Assembly: GCA_927407015.1 (NCBI GenBank)
Contig: CAKMJT010000006.1
Coordinates: forward strand, 2,153-66,152
Direction: 5' to 3'
DNA: 64,000 bases
Origin: an uncultured Proteiniphilum sp.
GTDB lineage: Bacteria > Bacteroidota > Bacteroidia > Bacteroidales > Dysgonomonadaceae
In this document: positions 57,807-64,000 of the stretch, piece after piece
Numbering within the stretch: position 1 is the stretch's first letter
How the letters are laid out: every line of letters begins with the position of its first letter
Notes under the pieces: generated by a model
The model's database searches: none
Seen by the model: only the letters and a program-made list of their open reading frames with translations
What the model was told of the DNA's origin: nothing
Position numbers and translations under genes: made by a program

Positions 57807-60593
57807 TCAGTGTGCGGCGAGCCAGTTCTCCCCTGTCCCCAGATCTGTTTTCAACGGAACGCTGAGCTTGCAGGCGTTCTCCATCTCTTCTGTGACAATC
57901 TTGCTAACCCTCTCCAGCTCGCCGGGGAACACATTGAAATCTAACTCATCGTGCACCTGAAGGATCATTTTCGATTGTAGTTCCGACTGCTGCAATCTGT
58001 CGAAGATACGGATCATCGCCACCTTGATGATGTCTGCCGCACTCCCTTGGATGGGGGCGTTGATGGCATTGCGCTCCGCATAGCCGCGTACGGTGGCGTT
58101 GCGCGAATTGATATCCGGCAGGTACCGCTTACGGCCGTAGATCGTTTCCACGTAGCCCTTCACCCTGGCATTGGTGATACATTCATCCATATAGCGTTTC
58201 ACGCCGGGGAAGGTGGTGAAATATTCATCGATCAGTTCCCTGGCCTCGCCGCGGGGGATGTTGAGCCGTTCCGACAGTCCGAAGGGTGTGATACCGTAGA
58301 TAATACCGAAATTGGCGGTTTTGGCTTTTCTGCGCATATCTCCCGTCACCTCCTCAATGGGTATTTTGAAGATTTTGGCCGCTGTGGCGGCGTGGATATC
58401 CTGCCCTTTGCTGAAAGCCTCCACCATGTTGGTGTCACCGCTCAGGTGAGCCATGATACGCAGTTCTATCTGTGAATAGTCCGAGGAGACAAAGATACAC
58501 CCCGCATCGGGGATAAACACCTTTCGCATCTCCTTACCCCGTTCATCGCGGATAGGGATGTTCTGCAGGTTGGGGTTGGTGCTGCTCAGGCGGCCGGTAG
58601 AGGCCACTGTCTGATTGAAGGAAGTATGGATTTTCCCGGTTCTTTCGTTGATCAGCAGCGGAAAAGCATCGATATAGGTGCCGAGTAGTTTTTTCAGTCC
58701 CCGCTGTTCCAGTATCTTGTCGATAATGGGATGTTTGAAGCGCATCTTCTCCAGTTCCTCCTCGCTGGTCTTGTACTGCCCTGTTTTGGTTTTCTTCGCC
58801 TTGTCGGCGATCTTTAACCGGTCGAACAGTACTTCTCCAATCTGTTTGGGTGAATTCACATTGAAGGTGATGCCGGCCATTTCAGTGATCTCCTGCTCAA
58901 TCCTCAGCAGTTCCGCACTGTATTGTGTGGAGAGATCATTCAGTGCCTCCAGGTCGAGGCGGACACCCGTCCACTCCATATCTGCCAGCACACTGACAAG
59001 GGGCGACTCAATCTGGTAGAACAGCTGATCCAGGTGGTTCGCATGGATTTCCTTTTCCAGGATATGCTTCAGCTTCAGCGTGATATCGGCATCTTCAGCC
59101 GCGTAGTCGGTCACAATTGCCGGATCTATATCACGCATATTTTTCTGGTTTTTGCCCCTGGCACCGATCAGCTCATCGATATGGATGGTGCGGTAATGCA
59201 GATAGGTTTCGGCCATATAGTCCATCCTGTGGCGGATTTCGGGATTGAGCAGGTAGTGTGCAATCATGGTGTCAAAAAGTTTTCCCTTCACCCGGATACC
59301 ATAATTCCGCAGCTCCAGGATATCATATTTGATATTTTGTCCTACTTTCTCAATCTGTTCATTCTCGAAGAAAGGCCTGAAAATATCCACCTGTTTCTGA
59401 GCTTCATCCCTGTCGGCAGAGACAGGGACGTAGTATGCCTCTCCTTCCCGGAAAGCGAACGAGAGTCCCACCAGTTCGCTCACCAGCGGATCAATTCCCG
59501 TGGTCTCCGTATCAAAACAGACCGATTGCTGTGCACACAGTTTGACGCACAGTGCCTCCATCTCCTTGTCAGTCTGCACCATCCTGTAGGTATGCGGGGT
59601 AGAGCGGTAATCAGTGAAATTTGCCGGTAAGTCAGCCACATCGGGTGTTACCATTTCCCCGAACAAGGCAAAAAGATCACCCTGTACGGGCCCTTTCGGC
59701 ATCATTTTTTGCGGCTCCTGCTTCAGCACCCGTAGCAGTAACGTACGAAACTCCAGTTCCTCGAAGATTTCTTTGATGGCCTCTTCATTGATTTCCTTTC
59801 GGGTGAATTGATCTTCATCCACTTCAATGGGTACATCTGTTTTGATGGTGGCCAGAAATTTGGAGAACCGTATCTGGTCGCTGTTCTCTTCCACTTTTGT
59901 CCTCAGGGCACCTTTCAGCTGGCTGCTGTTTTCCAGCAGGTTCTCGATGGAGCCGTACTCCTGCAGCAGCCTCACAGCTGTTTTCTCCCCTACTCCCGGA
60001 CATCCCGGGATGTTGTCGGAGACATCGCCCATCAGTCCCAGCAAATCAATCATCTGTTCCGGACGGGAGAGCTGGTATTTCTCCATCACCTTTCTGTCAT
60101 CCAGCAGATCGAAATCGTTGCTGCCGTATCGGGGTTTGTAGATGAAGATATGAGGCTCCGTCAGTTGTCCATAGTCCTTGTCGGGTGTCATCATAAATAC
60201 ATCAAAACGATCCTTGTCGGCGCGTTTGGCAATGGTGCCTATCACATCGTCGGCCTCGTAACCCGCCATCTCCAGTACAGGAATATTGTAGGCCCTGATG
60301 ATATCTTGGATTACGGGGACAGATCGTTTGATATCTTCCGGTGTCGAATCACGTTGCGCCTTGTATGCCTCGAATTCAACATGCCTGAAGGTAGGACCCG
60401 GGGGATCGAAAGCGACCGCAATATGGGAGGGGTTTTCCTTGCGCAATACCTCTTCGAGCGTGTTCACAAACCCGAAAATAGCTGAGGTATTCAATCCCTT
60501 CGAATTCACCCGCGGATTTTTAATAAACGCGTAGTAGGAGCGATAAATGAGGGCATAGGCGTCAAGAAGGAAGAGTTTATTTTTGGTTGTCAT
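57807..60593 (-). CDS. polA: DNA polymerase I
   Basis: 928 aa. 5'-nuclease 'LFLLDAYALIYRSYYAF', 3'-5' exo 'CFDTETTG', and polymerase motifs 'SSDYSQIELRIMAHLS', 'RRKAKTANFGIIYG' and 'LQVHDEL'. Confidence 0.97.
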   Translation of the reverse strand: MTTKNKLFLLDAYALIYRSYYAFIKNPRVNSKGLNTSAIFGFVNTLEEVLRKENPSHIAVAFDPPGPTFRHVEFEAYKAQRDSTPEDIKRSVPVIQDIIRAYNIPVLEMAGYEADDVIGTIAKRADKDRFDVFMMTPDKDYGQLTEPHIFIYKPRYGSNDFDLLDDRKVMEKYQLSRPEQMIDLLGLMGDVSDNIPGCPGVGEKTAVRLLQEYGSIENLLENSSQLKGALRTKVEENSDQIRFSKFLATIKTDVPIEVDEDQFTRKEINEEAIKEIFEELEFRTLLLRVLKQEPQKMMPKGPVQGDLFALFGEMVTPDVADLPANFTDYRSTPHTYRMVQTDKEMEALCVKLCAQQSVCFDTETTGIDPLVSELVGLSFAFREGEAYYVPVSADRDEAQKQVDIFRPFFENEQIEKVGQNIKYDILELRNYGIRVKGKLFDTMIAHYLLNPEIRHRMDYMAETYLHYRTIHIDELIGARGKNQKNMRDIDPAIVTDYAAEDADITLKLKHILEKEIHANHLDQLFYQIESPLVSVLADMEWTGVRLDLEALNDLSTQYSAELLRIEQEITEMAGITFNVNSPKQIGEVLFDRLKIADKAKKTKTGQYKTSEEELEKMRFKHPIIDKILEQRGLKKLLGTYIDAFPLLINERTGKIHTSFNQTVASTGRLSSTNPNLQNIPIRDERGKEMRKVFIPDAGCIFVSSDYSQIELRIMAHLSGDTNMVEAFSKGQDIHAATAAKIFKIPIEEVTGDMRRKAKTANFGIIYGITPFGLSERLNIPRGEARELIDEYFTTFPGVKRYMDECITNARVKGYVETIYGRKRYLPDINSRNATVRGYAERNAINAPIQGSAADIIKVAMIRIFDRLQQSELQSKMILQVHDELDFNVFPGELERVSKIVTEEMENACKLSVPLKTDLGTGENWLAAH

Positions 60594-60659
60594 TAGCTCA
60601 ACATAAAAATTTTGAAACGTAAAGTTACGAATATTTGTTGCGAAGAGGAGAATTATTTT

Positions 60660-60667
60660 TACATTTG
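60660..60667 (+). promoter_or_regulatory. candidate -7 promoter box (TACATTTG)
   Basis: Exact TAnnTTTG match, 19 nt upstream of the ATG at 60686. Confidence 0.45.
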
Positions 60668-60685
60668 TAGGTTATAATTTAGGTT

Positions 60686-61663
60686 ATGATGGATCAAAGT
60701 CAGGTCATAAAAGATTTTCTACGCGATGAGCTTCTCCTTTTTGATGATTATCTGCGCGAATCGGTCAAAAGCAGTAATCCGCAGATTGCCGATATGGTTG
60801 CTTATGTCCTTAACACAAACGGAAAACGGCTGAGGCCTGTCCTGGTTTTGCTGACAGCCAAGGCCTGCGGAAGGATTATTCCGGAAACGTACCACGGCGC
60901 AGTGACGGTTGAGTTACTGCATACAGCTACCCTGATTCACGACGATGTGATCGATAAGTCCGATATGCGGAGAGGGAAACATTCGGTGAATGCCGTGTAT
61001 GATAACACGAAGGCAGTGCTCATTGGTGATTATCTGCTTTCGACGGCGTTGTTGGAAAGTGTGAAAACAAAAGATCTGAACATTGTCAGAATAATATCCG
61101 AGTTGGGTCAGAATCTCTCTGAGGGAGAGCTGAACCAGTATTCGCTGGCCAATGAGATCATCATTGACGAAGATGCTTACTTTCATGTTATCGAAAAAAA
61201 AACAGCCTCACTAATGCGTGCCAGCATAACCATCGGCGCGATCACGGGTGGTGGAGACGATGAGACCATTTCAAGATTCAATCAGCTGGGTGGTATTTTA
61301 GGGATCTGTTTCCAGATTAGGGATGATATATTCGATTATTACAATAGTGATGTAGGTAAACCTACCGGTAATGATATCCGGGAGGGAAAAATCACACTTC
61401 CCCTTATTTACGCCCTGAAACATGCTCCGGCTGATGTGGTTGATGAGATGATGCAGATCATTGGGTCACGGGACTATACTGAGGATCATATTGCGAAATT
61501 ACTCGGTTTTGCCAAAGCGTACGGGGGTGTGGAATATGCCTATGAAAAGATGGATGCGTATCTTGCAGAATCCGATCGTATCCTCTCGGAATTCACTTTC
61601 AACAGCGAGTTCAAGACACTGATGCATCTCTTTATTTCCTATTTGAAAGACCGGGTAAATTAA
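60686..61663 (+). CDS. polyprenyl diphosphate synthase (IspB-like, long-chain trans-prenyltransferase)
   Basis: FARM 'LIHDDVIDKSDMRRG' and SARM 'FQIRDDIFDY'. 325 aa. Confidence 0.9.
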   Translation: MMDQSQVIKDFLRDELLLFDDYLRESVKSSNPQIADMVAYVLNTNGKRLRPVLVLLTAKACGRIIPETYHGAVTVELLHTATLIHDDVIDKSDMRRGKHSVNAVYDNTKAVLIGDYLLSTALLESVKTKDLNIVRIISELGQNLSEGELNQYSLANEIIIDEDAYFHVIEKKTASLMRASITIGAITGGGDDETISRFNQLGGILGICFQIRDDIFDYYNSDVGKPTGNDIREGKITLPLIYALKHAPADVVDEMMQIIGSRDYTEDHIAKLLGFAKAYGGVEYAYEKMDAYLAESDRILSEFTFNSEFKTLMHLFISYLKDRVN

Positions 61664-61696
61664 AAAAAGAGGTGAATCACCTGATGATTTCACCCC
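61664..61696. terminator. candidate bidirectional terminator hairpin between convergent genes
   Basis: A-run, then GGTGAATC...GATTTCACC (imperfect 8-9-bp stem). Read on the minus strand, the hairpin is followed by a T-run. Confidence 0.45.
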
Positions 61697-61797
61697 TTCT
61701 GTTGTAGTGTCCGTTAGATCACCAAATGGGACCTTCCTTTATTAAAAGCCAGTCTCGGTATGAGCCAGCCTTTCCCGGAGATGAATCCCGAAAGCAC

Positions 61798-62223
61798 TTA
61801 TCGAATTTCAATCAGTCTGGAATTCGGAATCTTTTCTTCATTTACTGTGGGTATCTCAACGGTCAATACCCCGTTTTCCACCTTTGCCGAAATCTTTTCC
61901 TTATCCACATTGTCAGGCAGGAGCATCGTCCGCTGGAACTGTGTGTATGAAAATTCACGCCTCAGATAGGTTCCCTTGTTGTCCTTATCTTCCGTCTCGC
62001 TTTTCTTTTCGAAGGAGATGACCAGGTTATTCTCCTCATCCACTCTTACATTGCAGTCATCTTTTGTCATGCCGGGAGCTGCAACTTCGACCGTAAACCC
62101 ACCGTCGTTTTTTTGAATATTGATAGCCGGCAAAGATTTACTGTTGCTTTGCATCCATTCGTTACCCAGGAAATCACTGAAAACACTCGGTAACCAGTTG
62201 TTTGAACGTCTGATGATAGTCAT
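61798..62223 (-). CDS. Hsp20/alpha-crystallin family small heat-shock protein
   Basis: 141 aa. Contains 'PAINIQKNDGGFTVEVAAPGMTKDD', 'RREFSYTQFQRTMLLPDNVDKEKISAKVENGVLTVEIP'. Confidence 0.92.
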   Translation of the reverse strand: MTIIRRSNNWLPSVFSDFLGNEWMQSNSKSLPAINIQKNDGGFTVEVAAPGMTKDDCNVRVDEENNLVISFEKKSETEDKDNKGTYLRREFSYTQFQRTMLLPDNVDKEKISAKVENGVLTVEIPTVNEEKIPNSRLIEIR

Positions 62224-62337
62224 AATTTAACCCTTTCTATACTTTGATGGTTTAACATTTTTTGTTTTGATACATTCATTGTTTCAACAATTAAATGACA
62301 AAATCTGTGCCGGTGCTTTTTTTTACCCGGTTTCGGA

Positions 62338-62409
62338 GAAAAAACGACAAAATGGCGCAAAAAAACGACAATAAAGGCATAAAATGAGCGAAAAAACGAC
62401 AAAATGGCG
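62338..62409. repeat. two perfect 20-bp direct repeats GAAAAAACGACAAAATGGCG (62338-62357, 62390-62409) plus a degenerate middle copy
   Basis: Read directly from the sequence. The copies are 52 bp apart and lie 115-186 nt upstream of the hsp20 ATG. The partial copy AAAAAAACGACAATAAAGG is at 62359-62377. Confidence 0.85.
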
Positions 62410-62432
62410 GCTTTATGAGGGTAGGGGATAAC

Positions 62433-62472
62433 AAAACCGGTCGCCTGAACAACTGTTTGGGCGACCGGTTTT
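62433..62472 (-). terminator. intrinsic terminator (13-bp stem) after the metallophosphoesterase gene
   Basis: AAAACCGGTCGCC (62433-62445) pairs perfectly with GGCGACCGGTTTT (60-72 of the same line, i.e. 62460-62472). A/T runs on both flanks. It begins 19 nt after the stop at 62491. Confidence 0.8.
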
Positions 62473-62490
62473 ACGTCTGTTCAAAAAGAT

Positions 62491-64000
62491 TTATTCGAGT
62501 ATGGAATACGTTCTTTTTCCAAAATGGTTTTTTCCGTATCTGTCCGTCGCTTTTACCTCGATGGTATGCTCACCGGGAGGAAGGTCCAGTTTAAGACCTC
62601 CGCTCCAGAGATGCGTACTGTTCACTGCATTCGAGGGACGGCGTCCAGGGAGTAACTTGTCTGTCATGTCCCACTCAAACAGTTTTGTAAGATAAGAGGG
62701 ATCTGCTGTCTCCGTGTACCGCATTTTCTGCCAGGGTCCGTTATCGATCCGGTATTCCACCACATCGTTTTTGCTGCCCATAAAAAAGTTGACCACAATC
62801 TGAGAGGTGGTTCTGCCTTTGTAGGGCACTACCTTCGGAGCATAAATATTCATTTGATAATTACTGTTTTTACCGGCTACCTTATAGCCGGCATCATATC
62901 TGTTCCCGTTGATATTCAGGAAAATATATCCCTGTGGTGTACCATCGCGCATGGTCGCATCCGGCAATCCCATGGCATCCATTTTTCCGGAGTACCAGTC
63001 ACCCGAGGTGGTTCCTGCATTGTATTCATGCAGCGGTTTTTTGCCCATCCATCCCTGCTCCTGTGTATATTCAATCTGATCCTGCAGGTGTGTATGTGCC
63101 GACATGATCAGCACGTTGTCAAAATCCTTCAGCAGGTCGAAAATTCGCTGCCGGTCTTCGACACGGTACCCGGGTTCATCCTTCATCTGAATATGTTGTG
63201 ACAGGACAATCAGTTTATCCTTCGGCACATATTTCAGATTGTTCGCGAGAAAGAGGAGCTGATCGTCACGGTAACCGGCCCAGTAACTTTGACCATCCCG
63301 CGGATCGGGATAGAGGATATTATCTAGTATAATGAAGTGGGCATTGCCGTAGTTGAATGCATAGTTGGCGCTGCCGAAATTACTCTCGAATGTCTCATCC
63401 GAGAGCGCATCAGAGGAAGCATCGTAGTTCATATCATGATTACCCATCACGTTGTACCAGGGCAGTTGCAAACGGCGCATCCTTTCCTTGTAAGCAGGTT
63501 GCAGATCGAGATTGTCACCCACGATGTCACCCAGGCTGATCCCGAAAAGTGTCTTATCGGTTTTCTTTACATCGTCTACAATTTTGCGGGTGAAATAGTC
63601 GAGATCGTCCATCGAGTAGGGCTGTGGGTCACCAAATACAATCGCGGTAAAATTTTCCGGTTCGTTGTATGGGTACAGGGGAAAATCAATCGATTTCGGT
63701 AGCTTCCCTGTCGGAGAAATGCCCTTGTAATGCAGCGACTGAGGTGAGCCTTCCGGTTTGTAGTGATAGTAAAACCGAGGGATAAAATCCTCGTCGACCG
63801 CTGTTTTGTATCCACTGGGTTTGATCACGAAGAGGGTGTTGCCTTCGGCGACAGGAATGGAATAATATCCCTTTTCATCTGTAAGCACCACTTCCGTACC
63901 GTTGGAAACGGCAACCATGGCAATGCCGGCTTCACTACGCTCTTTTTTACCGTTTCTGTTCGTATCGTCGTAGACATATCCTTTGGCTGTTTGCTGGGAA
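62491..64000 (-). CDS. calcineurin-like metallophosphoesterase with C-terminal MetallophosC-type domain (N-terminus beyond the right window edge)
   Basis: 'VFGDPQPY', 'GDIVGDN', 'GNHDMNYD' and 'IMSAHTH'. The frame stays open upstream of the track's Met (…SQQTAKGYVYDDTNRNGKKERSEAGIAM…) all the way to position 64000, so the gene is truncated by the window. Confidence 0.85.
   Translation of the reverse strand, partial: SQQTAKGYVYDDTNRNGKKERSEAGIAMVAVSNGTEVVLTDEKGYYSIPVAEGNTLFVIKPSGYKTAVDEDFIPRFYYHYKPEGSPQSLHYKGISPTGKLPKSIDFPLYPYNEPENFTAIVFGDPQPYSMDDLDYFTRKIVDDVKKTDKTLFGISLGDIVGDNLDLQPAYKERMRRLQLPWYNVMGNHDMNYDASSDALSDETFESNFGSANYAFNYGNAHFIILDNILYPDPRDGQSYWAGYRDDQLLFLANNLKYVPKDKLIVLSQHIQMKDEPGYRVEDRQRIFDLLKDFDNVLIMSAHTHLQDQIEYTQEQGWMGKKPLHEYNAGTTSGDWYSGKMDAMGLPDATMRDGTPQGYIFLNINGNRYDAGYKVAGKNSNYQMNIYAPKVVPYKGRTTSQIVVNFFMGSKNDVVEYRIDNGPWQKMRYTETADPSYLTKLFEWDMTDKLLPGRRPSNAVNSTHLWSGGLKLDLPPGEHTIEVKATDRYGKNHFGKRTYSILE

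Overview
This is a Bacteroidota-type chromosomal window. Evidence: a SusC/SusD pair, many SPII lipoproteins, TAnnTTTG -7 boxes, and about 50% G+C by hand counts on a few lines. All family calls come from reading motifs by eye in the supplied translations; no searches were run.

Layout:
(a) 1-3240 is a compositionally foreign segment of about 30% G+C. It holds a truncated PIF1-like helicase, a 745-aa membrane-anchored orphan protein and a small Cys-rich ORF.
(b) 3364-9415 holds a GH76-like enzyme, a 1287-aa GH2 beta-galactosidase with a discoidin tail, an alpha/beta-hydrolase gene remnant and a small basic protein.
(c) 9600-30700 is mostly housekeeping: tRNA-Arg(TCT), gdhA, glmS, a PiT phosphate transporter, an ArsM-like methyltransferase, an HMA-CDF transporter, a DEAD-box helicase, nadA and ychF. 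It also contains a TonB-dependent receptor paired with an internally duplicated beta-helix-like lipoprotein, and a tyrosine-phosphatase-fold protein with a destroyed catalytic loop.
(d) 30836-56041 is the main point of interest. It is a co-directional locus of about 25 kb under a LacI regulator, with three identical operator cores. Gene order: FucI, GH172/DUF2961, SusC, SusD, small lipoprotein, DUF4185/GH183, a 355-aa unknown, a Tat-exported GH116 with an inserted module, two more GH172 paralogs, a 699-aa unknown, a 421-aa lipoprotein, a FucP-type permease and an FGGY ribulokinase. I read this as a D-arabinan / D-arabinofuranoside utilisation locus joined to a D-arabinose -> D-ribulose -> D-ribulose-5-P route. 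Four of its proteins have no family I can recognise.
(e) 56425-64000 holds a radical SAM protein, a YqaA-family protein, polA, a polyprenyl synthase, hsp20 (with 20-bp direct repeats upstream) and a truncated metallophosphoesterase.

No CRISPR array, rRNA, transposase or integrase was seen.
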